Assembly (NCBI GenBank): GCA_027604505.1
Contig: JADIIX010000077.1
Location: 1-64,000, forward strand
From: Gonapodya sp. JEL0774
Taxonomy: Eukaryota
DNA: 64,000 nucleotides
Reading direction: 5' to 3'
Position numbers and translations under genes: made by a program
Part shown: in pieces, positions 1-12,591 of the stretch
Numbering within the stretch: position 1 is the stretch's first letter
Layout: each line of letters opens with the position of its first letter
The notes under the pieces: model-generated
Databases searched by the model: none
What the model was told of the DNA's origin: nothing
Seen by the model: the letters and a program-made list of their open reading frames with translations, nothing else

Positions 1-207
1 TCCGTTTCCTTCTTGGGAGAGCTTGTGTTGTTTGAAGCGGCAATGACCAAGTGACGTTCACACAGGTTTAGTCAATCGCCTGATGTAGGGCACAGCTGAT
101 GAGGACATCAGCTTGATGTGATGGGGGGAGTGTGACAGAACGGGTCAATGTGTGAGGGTTTAGCCGCACCGTGTAGATAGCAAATATATTCTACACCTCG
201 AACACCA

Positions 208-1193
208 TCATATACTCCCGCCCCTTCGATCCATCCCGTGCTGTCCTCCACAACCGCCACCACCTCTCTTCGACCGGTCTCCACCTTGCCGAGTGTCCTT
301 CTGGCTAGAACAATCGCGCGCCATGTGGCCGTACTGCCCACACTTGTTGCAGTTGTCGGGAAATGGTTTGGAGTTGGAGCCTGACGCACTGGACCGAGGT
401 GAGTTGTGCGTACTCAAGAATGCCTTACTGCTGATCTCATCAGCCTTGCCACCTTCTGCCGCTAACTGATGTTCCCTCTAGATGAGCATCATCCGTAGAT
501 CCTCGACTGTCAACTTGCCGTCCTTCAGCCTGAACTCCGCCAATCCGAGTTGGAGTCCGTACTCTGCAGGCAAACCAGCACCGACCCACTTCAACACCTC
601 ACTCATGTTGTACTCGCGCCCTTCCACATTGCAGAGCTGGCGGATCAGACTACCTTTCTCGGAAAGGTACATAGTGATCGTCTCATCAGGCCGGAGTTCT
701 CGTTTGGTGAGTTGCCGTGTAGAGAGATGGTGTGAGATGCGATGTTTGGCCAAACCGTGTCAAGGATCGCCTTGTAGATGAGGTGGGAAGTATAATTGAC
801 AGGATCAGAAGGTAAGTGCTCTCGTATAGCAGCCAAAAGGGATTCATCAATTGCTGCCATTAATAGTACTTGCCCCATTCGGTCCTTCGCCAGCCACGCA
901 TCCAACTCACTAACTCTCGCCGGTGGTGTGGCATGCGTGGTGGTGACAGGAGCGGCAAGGGGTGCTGGAGTTGCAGAGAGGGATGGGATTGTGGATGTGG
1001 ATGCGGTGGTAGTAGGTGCATAGGTGAGTGACCCTGGAACAGCTGCCGGGGGCTTCGGCACTGTCCCTTGAATGTACTTGTGTACGCCTTGCTGCAGTGC
1101 AAAGATGCTAACAACTGTTTTCCAGCTGTCGAGATCTCCACCGATCTTGAGCCGTTGGTTGGCGGCGAATTTGATGGGGTTCCCGCCAAGCAT
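208..1193 (-). pseudogene. gag: Degenerate gag of a Ty1/Copia-like LTR retrotransposon
   Basis: Three joined ORF pieces. 645-1193 has a Copia gag-like N-terminus (W..KDRMGQVLL...I). After a frameshift near 720-750, 478-753 is UBN2-like (ETITMYL...GLPAEY...LTVEDL). An in-frame TAG at 478-480 is followed by the CCHC knuckle CNKCGQYGHMARDC. Confidence 0.85.
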
Positions 1194-1233
1194 TGTAGGT
1201 GAGTTTAGAGTGCTAGAGTTCGCACTGTAAATG

Positions 1234-1524
1234 TGTTATCAGTTTCCTGCTGTGACAGCTCGTCTGATCGAAGTCGGGCAGAGGTTCCCCCGTAGTGTAG
1301 TACTTATCTTGTAGAGTCACTAAATACACTTAGTATCTCAGAGCTTATATAGTCTAACCCTCGGTCTATTTCGTAATGTCCCCGAAGTACGTAAAGAGAA
1401 AAATACTCCCCGTAAGTCCTAAAGTCCATCGGGTGTTTTGGACTTGCCCGAATGCTGTTTGTTTGTGGCGAATGTGCCGGTGCACAATCCAAGCTCCAGT
1501 CGCACCACGCTGCGACTTCTAACA
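1234..1524 (-). mobile_element. Putative 5' LTR of the Copia-like element
   Basis: On the minus strand it begins TGTTAG (1524) and ends ATAACA (1234), giving inverted TGTTA/TAACA termini. TATATAAG lies near 1344-1351 and the gag ATG is about 40 bp further on. The second LTR is outside the window and no canonical PBS is visible. Confidence 0.55.
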
Positions 1525-1753
1525 CGGGACACTAACGTGATGCTTCTCATGTGTTCCTACGACAAAAACGTGGGATTCGAAAAGTGGACAACACATTGAT
1601 TGCTTTTGGACAACACTTTTACATCGATCTTTTAATACGTCAGCAACAAAAAGCCCGATCCAGCGGACAAACAATCTACGACGCCGAATGCTCATTCCTC
1701 TGAAACAATTCAATCAACATAGCTGCACCGCAAAGCGCTTTCATTGTTCAGAC

Positions 1754-4700
1754 TCAGACATTCCCATCCACATACCCCGAATACTCCCACGCTCGGACAC
1801 CTTTCGCAACTATTCCACCTGGTCCAGGAGAAGCAAGATCCGCTCCGCTGGGTGCGGGTGAGTCGAGATCCCCTCTCGGAGATAATGCGCGCCCATCATT
1901 TCGAAACGAAGGACGAACACCATTGTAGCTCAACCGGACATCCGGTCCGTCTCCTTGAAACTCCTCCGCTTCTTCGTCCATACCATCCAAGACTCCGCCG
2001 TAGGGATCTCCGCTAACTGATCCGAGCAGAGCACTATCACCCATTGCACTCCTTTCGTAAGGACTCAACACATCACTAAAAGTGTCACCCCGGTAATCTG
2101 CAACTTCCAAGCTCGCCGCTCCGGTCTCTTTCATCATTGACAGACGCTTCTGAGTTCGTGAACCGGGCCGGTCCACCCGATCTGCACGGTCCTGCATCCG
2201 AGACGGTGTGTTGGACCTCTCATCGGATCTGGACATCGGTCGTTCTGGCGATTTCACCAGTAACCTTGATACTGGTCTGTCAGGGGCACTTCTTGGAGGA
2301 GTCCTTGCCTCAACATTTGCAGACTCCGTGTTCTCCCCTTCAGGTCCCGTCTCAGCAATCTCGTTCTGCATCATGAGCCTGGACTTTCGCCGCTCTGTCC
2401 TGGTCAGTGGCCGCTCTGTCTCCTCATCCCTCAGACCTGCAGGGAACTGGACTGTTATCACGGCCGACTTGCGGGCTTCGATGCGAGAGTCTGCGGGCTC
2501 CACCAACGACTTGCGCCTCTCTTGATCGGGTCTTTCTAACATGGATTTGCGACGCTCAGCAGCCGAGGCATCCACCCGAGTTGCGAGGTCAATGATCGAC
2601 TTGCGGTTATCCGCAGGCTCAGTTGCCTTTTTGGGGCTCTGCTCCAGTGTTTCCAGCCGACTACCCTCCTCGAGTGAATTCACGGTGACGGCTGCGTTCG
2701 CTGCGGAGGCTGGTACGCGGTTTTTGGACTCATCGATTGATATTCGGTTGTCCATTTGGCGTTCCGACGCACGAGCTGCTCCAGTCCTCTCGGGCTCTGA
2801 TTCCCAGGGGAACTCGCTGTTCTCCATTGGGAAATCCTCCTCCCGTTCTTCTGATACTGGCAGGTCGATCACGGATTTGCGCCGTTCCAACCACTCACGC
2901 TGCTCTCGGACCCTTTCTTCTTCAAGTGCAGCACGTTCTGCTAGGACGACCGACTTCCGCCTTTCTGCACTCGACTCAAAGTCCGTTGGTTCGAGTACTT
3001 TCCTCCTTCCGATATTAGGCTCTTCTTTTGCGGTGGATTTGCGTCTCTCCACGCGATCGTCGGCTAGGACAGATTTCTGATTCTCGACTCTCGACGTAGT
3101 TCCAACCCTCTCTGCCGGCACCTCAATGACGATGACTGATTTACGACGGCTCAAAGTAGCATTTTGGGCCTCCTGAATGCGCTCCCTCTCCCTTCCACGG
3201 GACGCTGACCTCTCTCGTCCACTCCTACTCATTCTTGAGGTCGGCCGATCTGGGAATTGTAAGTCCATCTCTTCGGGCTCTTCATTCATTACCTCCGGCA
3301 CGTCAAAATTTTTGCGAATCTCCGGGCTCCTTCTCTCAGCTTCCTCGTACTTATCCCGCTCCTCCGGACGTCCTCTCAATCCAGAATCTGATTCGAGTCC
3401 TAGTGCATCGCTTAGTGATCTATCCACCTCGGCTGTGCCCAGTAACTGTGGTGTCGGCAATGGTTCGAACACACCCGGACTCAATACGCCCCTCAGTTGT
3501 GCCTCCCGTTCAAGTCTTCTCCTCTCCCTCTCCCTCTCCCGAGCTTCTCGCTCGACCCTGCGTGCCTCCCTCCCCCCATCATTTGGTCTCGACGTGGCCA
3601 GAAACTCGGGCGTGATGGATCCGTGCGGGATGACAGGTGAAGGGAGGGCGAGATGACGCGGGGAAGCCCCAAAGGGAGGAGAAAATGGATCCTCGGCAGA
3701 TTGGAGAGAAGCTGTCGATTCGAAGGGTTGTCGCTCACTTTGCCTGCCCCGACCACCATACTGTCCAATGTCGTCCTTGGAGGGCCTTGTTGGCGTTGCC
3801 GAGTTCTCACCACTCTTCGACCTTCCATTCTTACTCCTAGATCTCTTCAACGACCCGTCCCTTTTTGCTGTACCCTTTTCTCTATCAACACCGGCTGGTG
3901 ACTCTCTCTTCGTCCCGTTGCTTCCAGTCGAGGTACTCCTTTTCACTGAGTTAGACCGGCCACCACTTCCACTACGTCTCCTCTGCGAGCCGCTTCCGGA
4001 TCTCGGGGGTGCGCGATCGTCCGCACGTGGTAAGGTGACGGGAGCTCGACCCAGGTCAATCGAGTCTAAGTCTGGCGGCAACGGTACTGTCAAATCACCC
4101 AAGCTTGGTCTCCGCGTCACCAAGCCACCCTTGCCGCCATTGATGCCACCAAATCCCGTTTCAGGGGCCATGCTAGATCCTCGTGGCTTGGGCACTTTGC
4201 GCATAACAACTGGGTCTTGAAAGCCGTCCGGATCTGCAAACGGATCCTGTTGAGAGTCCGCGAAGGGATTGAGAACCTGTTGGTGGTCATCAGTATCATT
4301 GTAAGACCCGGATGCTCCCATCTGCCTTGAAGCCTGTTGCATCATTCTCGATCCTGCGTTCGAGGGTGTCACATCGCCCTCCATTGTCCTCCCAACCACC
4401 CCACTGGCAGTCCAACGGCCGCTCTCCCACGTCTTAGTGTCCGAGCCTCCTCTCTCTTTAGCTGCCTGCACGCGGGCGGCAAATTTGGCCGCACCCCTGC
4501 CGTCGACGGGTGACGCAATGTCCATGAGGGAATACGACCCAACAGGCCAGCCGGCTCGGGACATGGCGCCAGGAGAAGGGAGTGGCGGCACATCTGATGC
4601 TGCGGGACGGCGAAAAGAGGATGTTGGTGGCGGAAGCACTGCGGTGGGTTTGTTATAGTCGAGGGCGGAACCAGATATGGAGTTGTAACTTGGCTTCGAG

Positions 4701-6121
4701 GTGTAGAACTGTGGGTACGGTGGACCGTCTCTGTCTCCATCACCATCACCTCTGAGCCTGACACGCATTTGATTGGCAAGTGGCAACCGAGCCCAAACGT
4801 CCTCCCAGTCATCACCCTGCCTACGTCTGTACACCACGAACCCCCCAAGAACTAGACCCACGGCGCCAAGAATGGAGAATATAACTGCTGCAGCGACAGC
4901 GCCGCCTGAGGTACCTGTAGGAGGTCCTGCTGCGACGTTACTTACGCCGGCCTGGGCAGTGGATGTGCCAGTCGCGGATGTAGCAGAGGTACCAGCGGCG
5001 GATGTGGGAACTACTGCAATGGTGGTGGTTGTAGATGGCGCTATTGCGACAGGAGAGGTGGGAACAGCCGCAGTAGGTACAACGCTGCGCACTGTGGTAG
5101 GAGTTACTGGAGCGGCTGATGGAGTAGCTATTACGGCGTTCGCGGAGGAGGTCCTTGGAGATGTACCAGTGATGGGACATTGCGTACCCTGCACTCCGAA
5201 ATTGATGACAGCTCCTGCATGCACGCATGCCGCAGGAAAAGCGGAAGTGCAGCTGAACAGACCAACGTTGGTATTGGCGTCAGTGAGAGTGCAGGTTGTG
5301 ACGGACGGAGGCAAGATATTATCTATCTGCCCAGTGAGAGCTAGAAGGAGGGACCGATCAAAGATAGGTTGGAGAGGAGTGTGTTCAGTGCAACTGTACT
5401 GTGAATCAGGCTAACCCGAAGGGAACTGCACATCGCGAGGGGACTTCGTCCACTTGTTCCTCTCGCCAGCAAACACACAGCTTGTGCTTCTCTACCGATC
5501 GCTTCCAGAGAATTCCTTGAGTATATTATGATGTGGTGTATGATCCCTTCACTATATAGCCTCCTGGGCCTCTCCATGTGCGAGACACTCACTGTTTCCC
5601 GAGAGAAATAACTCCGTCAATCTTTGCATCGACGTTAGATCTGGTATGGTACCCGAAAAGAGGTTCGAATCAAGATGCAGAGTTTTCATGAACACAAGTC
5701 CAGCGAGGGCTGCTGTCAGGGTCCCCTGCAAACTGTTGGCTCCCAAGTCGAGAACTTGGAGCTGAACGACATTTGCTATCGTCGGAGGAAGCACTCCCGT
5801 TAGTCCCTGGTTGTACAGATTCGCTTGAGTGATTCTTCCGTCTGTGCATTGGAATGAGGGCGAGTTGGGAAAGAACATGGTGAACTGACAACATGCTCCC
5901 GTCGGCCATGGCGGCGTCGCACCGGTCTGAGTGTACAGCAGTTCGAAAACGGCGCAATCATCTGCTGCAGTTTGTGCCGACGCGCTCATAGAGAAGCCCA
6001 GGAGAAGGAGAACAGCGACTAGTACCAGAACTGCAAAACGGGGAAACCCGAACTGTGTCAATTTCGACAATCCCGCAGCACCTCCCCGCCCTGCCATGCA
6101 AGCAATTGAGTCAATTCCCAT
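1754..6121 (-). CDS. LRR single-pass receptor-like protein 1 (signal peptide, Cys cap, about 3 plant-type LRRs, S/T stalk, TM, roughly 1000-aa disordered tail)
   Basis: Exons ~6121-5593 and 5340-1754. Removing GT-AG intron 5341-5592 restores LFLSGNTLTGQIDNILP, matching the paralogs. TM is AVAAAVIFSILGAVGLVLGGFVVY followed by RRR. The start ATG is uncertain (6244, 6121 or 6097). Confidence 0.85.
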
Positions 6122-7539
6122 CCCCACGTGTTCTTTTTCTTTCTGTATGCGTCTGGATTCGTGGGTCCCCGGCCGCCAAGAAAATGTCCCTACGATCCCA
6201 AGCTGCCAGTTTATGTCCCCTTGGGCATCCGCGCTTCCGGGCATTGCGTTCCACTGATTCACTGAGCGTTGATTATCTCTCAATGTCTTTGTAATTGCTT
6301 GAATTCAAGTTCTGTTGATAAAGTCAGAGACTTTATGCCTGCGATCGCACAAAGCGCCGCAAATTTCAAAGCTGCGGCGACCTTCCCCACCAAAAGAGAT
6401 CACCGATCCCTTGCCAATGATGCACGCACACAACAGACTGGAAACACACAAAAAAAATTTATGATCTCAATCTGCAGACCGTAACTCAAGATGTGGAAAC
6501 GTTCGACGGTGGGGCAATCATCGTTAGGGATGGAGTGGGTCCGAGAAACCGCCCGACAGTGTGCCCACACCATTGGTTGTGCATACAGCTAGAACGCTTG
6601 TTTGAGACGAAAGCGTCTTCTAGATAGGTTGGCCCTGGTACTGATGTCTGGTATCGTGGCTCTCCGAACTATTATCACTATTCGAATAAGATCACCCGAA
6701 CAAATCAAATTGAGTAGTTGGTCAATCTTGTTGAACCTTCAAGTTCTGTACAAGTGACCGAGAAGTCCATCCAGGCAGGCGGTGGGGCTGGGGATCATCT
6801 GATAATTTGGTGTGACACTAAATGATTACATGAATCAAACCTGCTCTTATTAGCTGCTAAGTCTCTTCGACAGCCTCAGTATCATTGCTTTGGGTTGCTC
6901 GACTGGCTGCTGCTCTGCCTTCGCTTTATTTGATCCTGTTTGGGATCTGGTCCACTTCCATCAACGTCCTGCACGGAGGGACCCTCCATGACACACCCTT
7001 TGCGACTCCTTCACACCTGACCCCTGGCTTACGGTATACTTTGGGATGAAAAGCGGGTGGAACTCATATAACCACTGCTTCTCGGTTGTGAATTTGATAC
7101 CGTTGGCGGGTCAGCACGCTCATGGTTATTCTGTATATGGGATCATGTGCTTCCGGCGTTGAAATGGCATTTCGAGTATCTCTAGACAGCTTTGCTTTGC
7201 TCTTGTCTCATTCTCACTTGAGAATGTACTATCCTGAGGGTCGTGGCGGCCTCCACAAATCCAGAACCGGCATTTATAAAAACAAGCAAGTTGTCTGACG
7301 ATGGAAAAGAAGCTTGTATCAGCCCACCAATAATCTCATTTCCGCAGAAAGAAAGCATTTTCACAATCGGCGATGATTTCTCTGTTTCATTTAAAAAAGA
7401 ATGAGCAAAAGCCCTCATGTGGTGAGGTGCTGCAAAACACCAAAGAATCCCCACCATTCCAAATCCAGACAACCAAACGGAATTTTCGGATACACCGTTC
7501 CATCAACCGTTTCCCTCGATCAAGTTCGGTGGCAGGACA

Positions 7540-9672
7540 ATGTTTGTTCGTCAGCAACGGGGATCGTCCCCAACCCACATTCTCGGTGTGGTAACCGTCC
7601 TCGCTTGGATCGGCTTGATCCAGATGGCCAACGCTCAGACGCAGGCTCGAGATTGCGCTGTGTTCGAGATGTTGTACTCGCAATCAAACAAGACGGTTCC
7701 TTGGACAGTCGGGCAGTGCTGCGATTTCACCCAAAATTGGCCCGCATCGCCATCGTTTGCTTGCAAGAGTGGGCGAGTCACCGAAGCCAATCTGTGCTGC
7801 CAAGGCTTTACCGGAACAATCCCTGCTTTGTCTGGACTCACGCAGCTGCAGGTGCTAAGCCTCTACAACAACAGACTCACCGGCACGATACCTTCCATGG
7901 CAGCTCTGACTTCCCTGGCCGTACTCAGTTTGGCGCAAAACAACCTCACTGGCAACATCGATGGTCTTATTCCGTCCTCTGTTCAAGACTGCTACCTGAC
8001 TTACAATAGCTCAAACTCTGGCGTCTTCTCCTGCACCGGAAACTTCCCCGGTGCCTGCCTTGTAACCCACTATGGCCTAACTCAGACAGTATCACCGGGT
8101 GCTGGGTGTACCTTTACCGCCCCGGCTGTTCCTGCAGCCGCTGCAGCCGTCACAACGCCGACCGCTTCCTCTTCTTCGCCTGCGAGTACCCCCGCGTCTT
8201 CCCCGCCAGTTGGAGCGATCGTGGGGAGTTTATTTGCCGTACTGATTGTTGGTGGTTTATTGGGGTTTGCGTATACGCGCAGGAGGCAAGGAAAATCAGT
8301 ATTACCGCAGTTTGGCAACAACTCCCGCCGGGGTGTCAATCTCGGAGGCCACGACAAGTCTATGCCTTGGAGAAGTAAGTATGCTGTTTTTGTTGGTGTG
8401 TTACCGTCTGCTATTAGGACCGGACGGAGATCGTTGGATCATTTGAATAGTGGCAGCTCAACTGCTCAGCACACTTCATCCCCACCATGATGACCATGGT
8501 CTTGGAAATTTGTTGAAAGAAATATCGAGAAACTAATAGACTCTGTCTTCTCTTCCGCGTACACAGGTCTTACTCCACCACCCGATTCGACCACCCTTGG
8601 CCCAGATTATGGTGCCAAGAGTTCTTCCGGTATCTTCAGCACCCCATTTGGGCGTACCCAATCGACAAAGGGTCTCACATCTGATTCAGTCACTTACGGC
8701 ACCACTTATGCAAATGACAGTTACGCCTTTTCGCGCCCCGCTCCACCTCCAAAAGAGCCCATGTCGACTTACGCAGTTGGTAAGAACGTCGGTGGGCCTG
8801 GAATGGGAACCGCAACCGCGCTCGACTTGCCCTCGATATTCAACTCGGACTTTTGGGCGGACCGCGAAAGGGCGACTCGTGAAGGGGATCGCCCCCAAGT
8901 TTCCATGTATGGCAGCAACAACGCAGGCGATCAAGGAGAATGGAAATCAAATGGGAAAGCCGCACTAGACTATTCCGGGACCGACGGTGGCGCTCAAAAC
9001 TCACGTTCTGGGTGGGGAAATCGAGCCCCGGCCACGCCGACAGGTGGGGCTAACACCGGCAGCCTCGAATGGGAGAATCCGTTCAATGATTTCTTTGGAG
9101 CGGCAACAGCGCCAGCGGCTCTTCAATCTCCACAGCAGCAAGCATCCTCCCCCACCGCCGCATCCCCTGCTCGCGGACGCAGCAAGAGGGAGAAGAGTGT
9201 TGCATCTGGCGCGGAAGACGATGAGAGGGTTGGAAGGCAAAGATCTCGCTCCCGCAGAGCAAAGAGTGTGGATCTCGATGCGGATATGTTTTCGTCTGGT
9301 GGTGGACGTGGATCTTCCCCCACAAGGGACACTAAGGATATCAGTTCCTCAACCAAGCGGCGCAAGTCAGTAGATGCCGGTGGTGCGGGGTCCAGGGCGA
9401 GGTCAAAGTCCCCTGGAAGTGCAGTTGGAAGAAAAGAAAGCAAGAAGAAATCAAGTGGAGGTGACACCATGGAGCGTCGCAAGTCGCGACCAGTATCTGT
9501 TTTGGAGAATGACGACACAGCCGGTCTAGGAGAACGCGGTGGCTCGAAGAAACGCTCTCAATCGAAGAATAGGGGATCAAAGAGGGCTAAAAGTCCAGGA
9601 CCAGGCAAAAAAGCTGATGGTTTCATGTCAGCTTCAGAAGGTTATTTGGAGGAGAACGATCCGTTCAATTGA
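7540..9672 (+). CDS. LRR single-pass receptor-like protein 2 (2 full LRRs)
   Basis: Signal peptide, cap DCAVFEMLY..PW..GQCC, LRRs LQVLSLYNNRLTGTIP and LAVLSLAQNNLTG, TM VGAIVGSLFAVLIVGGLLGFAY-RRR. Intron 8375-8566 (GTAAGT..CAG) joins in frame to ORF 8761-9672. Confidence 0.88.
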
Positions 9673-10406
9673 TTGTTTAGATGATTGACTTTTCAGGGAG
9701 AGAGGTTGTCGGCCCATTGATACAGTGGATGCCCTAGTTGAGGTTGTTCTTATTTGAAGAAAGTGCGAGTGAATTTTGGTCGTAGAACTAAGAAGAGATG
9801 GTGGTTGCCACAGACTAGTACTACAAGATATGCAGAATCTGATGTTTGCCTTAATATGAGCGGTAATTTCATTTCAGCCCGTTGTTCTGTTACGATGCAG
9901 GAACACTGTGGGATCTATCTGATCAATGTGGTGTCGATGGCGCACTGTTCCTTTCTGGGCACCATACTCCCTCTCACACCTGGCCATCACCGTCCCACTT
10001 CTAGCTTGATATTCCTGGTGTCTGCCGCAAAAAGGGCTGGCCTCGAAGTCGGACCTGCCCGATGTTAAGCCCACCACGGACCAACATATGACTTAGCGGA
10101 TCAACCACAACATTTAGGTGAACTACTTTCGAATACTTAATTTGTAAGAACTGTTTCAGTATATAACAGATACATGCTTGCATCCATAAACCAAAATAAA
10201 CGACCCAACACTGAGATTTACGGGTCGAATGAACTTCGTCTCTCGCGGTTTGCGTTATCATGGTAGCGTATTGAGACAAATAGGTAATAGTAACACACAT
10301 TTTCCATCTTTGCTATTCGAACATAGGTCCACGAATGATATTTCCATTTTCGCAACCTGACGTCGGGCGCTTCATACCAGGGAAGCGTTCAAACGGGCAA
10401 TTATTT

Positions 10407-12591
10407 CTACAACTGTTCTTCAGTGTCGACAGAAGTGGGAACGGGAGGTAGACTTCGCCCGGGCCGTCCTACGCCGGGTGGGGCAGACGGCGGGCGCTGA
10501 ATTGGCAATTGTTGGTTCCCGGAATTAATTTGATAGTGACCCAAAATGGTTGCGGGACGGGGCCTAGAAGATTGAGCTACATTTGACTCCACATTTGGGC
10601 TAGATGATTCATTCCGGCTGGCCCGCGAATCGACTGGTGATACGTGTTCCTGTGCGTCAATGGGAACGGACCGCCTGTTGAGATTCTGAGGTGAATCCCT
10701 GTCGGGAGAACCTGACGTAGATCCCGTGGGAGATTGACGAGGATAGCTCTGAAGTGCGAGAACAGGTGAGTAAATAGCCTGAGAGGTCGCGGGCATCAGT
10801 GGCGAGGAAACATGTTGCGGGGCCTCTTGCGAGTAGTGAGCTTGAGAAGTCGCTGGTCTTGTCTGGATCGTGGGTGTAGTGCTAGAAGGTGAAAACGCTT
10901 GCACAGCTGCGGGACTCTCTGTCGATGACTCTCCAACCTGAACCGTGGTTTCGATAGACTGAGAAGGATATCTCCTCTCCACTGAGTACACTCCCTGAGA
11001 TGTCGCAGGCCGCAAAGGAGATGGCACGTGCTGATGTCCAGCCTGCGAATAGTGTGCATGAGAGGTAGCAGGCCGATTTTGTGTAGAGGATGGTGTGCTG
11101 GGAGAGTAAAACGCCTGCGCGGTGGCCGGCCGCTGTTGGACCAACACCACAGTATCGCCTAATAAGGGTGTTGGGAGAGGTTTTGTGGCGGTACCCCCCC
11201 GGGGAGGCGCGTGGAATAATTTTGGAGGTTCAATAGTCGAAGGGCTTGGAAGTGCAGGTTTTGCATTTGAGGATCCAATCAGGTTCTGCCCAGAGGAAGT
11301 GTGGGATCCTGCAGCAGATCGCGCACGTGATGGTACCTCAAACTCAACGTCGTCTATGGCATTCGAAGGAACCGGATCGTAGTTCGAGATGTTCTCGGTT
11401 TTACCGGAATTAAATTTGAGGAAAGGGTAGTCTGGCCTAGACGAATCGGGCTCAACTGCCTCATCTGGTGGATTGAGAAACCCAAACATCAGCATGACTG
11501 AGTATGACATTTGTCTTTTATCAGGTAGTGGAGATCTCACTTGCATTTCGACGATAACGCTTCCTCAACATGATGAGTGCAGCTACGAGCAATATTGCTG
11601 CCAAGAGAGCAACAACAGCGCCACCAATAACTCCAGCGAGGGCGACTGGGTCCGTTGTGGTACTTCCGCCTGTCTTCACGGTGCCTCCACTCGTACTTGA
11701 TGTGTCAGATGAGGTGGTCATTGAGAGTGTGCCGATGGAAGTCGCAGAAGAAGCACTCGCAGAAGTTGTGGTACTTTTAGAAGGGCATGCTGGTTGAAGA
11801 GTTGGAAGACTGTTGGAGCAGGCGATCGGAACGTTATTTGCGCACGCGTAGAGGCCTGGGTTGGTATCGTCGTAACTGAGCAAACACGTTGTGAGGGACT
11901 CTGGTAAGATACCGTCAACACTGCCGGTGAGTGCATTGCCGTGTAAATCCAGTCGCACCAAATTGGTGAGAGCGGTCATCGTGGGCAGTGATCCCGAGAG
12001 CTGGTTGTCGTAGAGGTCGACCTGAAGTAACAATGTGTTTGCCGCGAGCGAAGGAATAGGTCCGGTGAAGTTGTTGTCGCTCAAGTCAAGCCACTTGAGC
12101 TTTGTGAGTGTCGCCAGACTGGGTATGGGTCCAGCGAGATAGTTGGAGGGGAAGTACAACAGCTCCAGCTCCGTCATTCCCGCCAAGGATGGCAATGTGC
12201 CCTTCACCCTGCCGACCGCAAAGAAAAACGGTTGGGAAACTCGTTTAGTCTATCCGAAGCATTTCATATGAGATAAACTTGGTGCGTCTCCCAAGGCGTT
12301 GGCCATCCACCGAACCGCCCAGGTAGGTGCGGCTCGTTGACGCATCACTCACCCTCCTCTGGAAATCTCAACTTGCGTCAATCTCCCGACATCCGAGCAA
12401 AGAACATAGTTCTTTCCCACGGCGTACCCGCAGCACTGTCCTCGTGGCCAGGGAAGTGTCGTGTTGACCGCTTGAGTATAAAGTGACTCCAGAACCGCAC
12501 ATTCTTCCTCCTGACTCTGGGAGCGCACGACCGACGGTAGGACGGCGACAACCAAGATGGCGTTTGTGAAAAGGACGAGCGGGAACGGCAT
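10407..12591 (-). CDS. LRR single-pass receptor-like protein 3 (4 full LRRs)
   Basis: Introns 12209-12352 and 11465-11540 join ORFs 12349-12591, 11521-12207 and 10407-11546 in frame. It has the same Cys caps as the paralogs and the TM LAGVIGGAVVALLAAILLVAALIML-RKR. Confidence 0.88.

Noticed and set aside
2137..5414. Many plus-strand ORFs overlapping receptor 1, with similar cases over Acinus and the ankyrin genes
   Set aside because: Antisense shadows of long GC-rich coding sequences.
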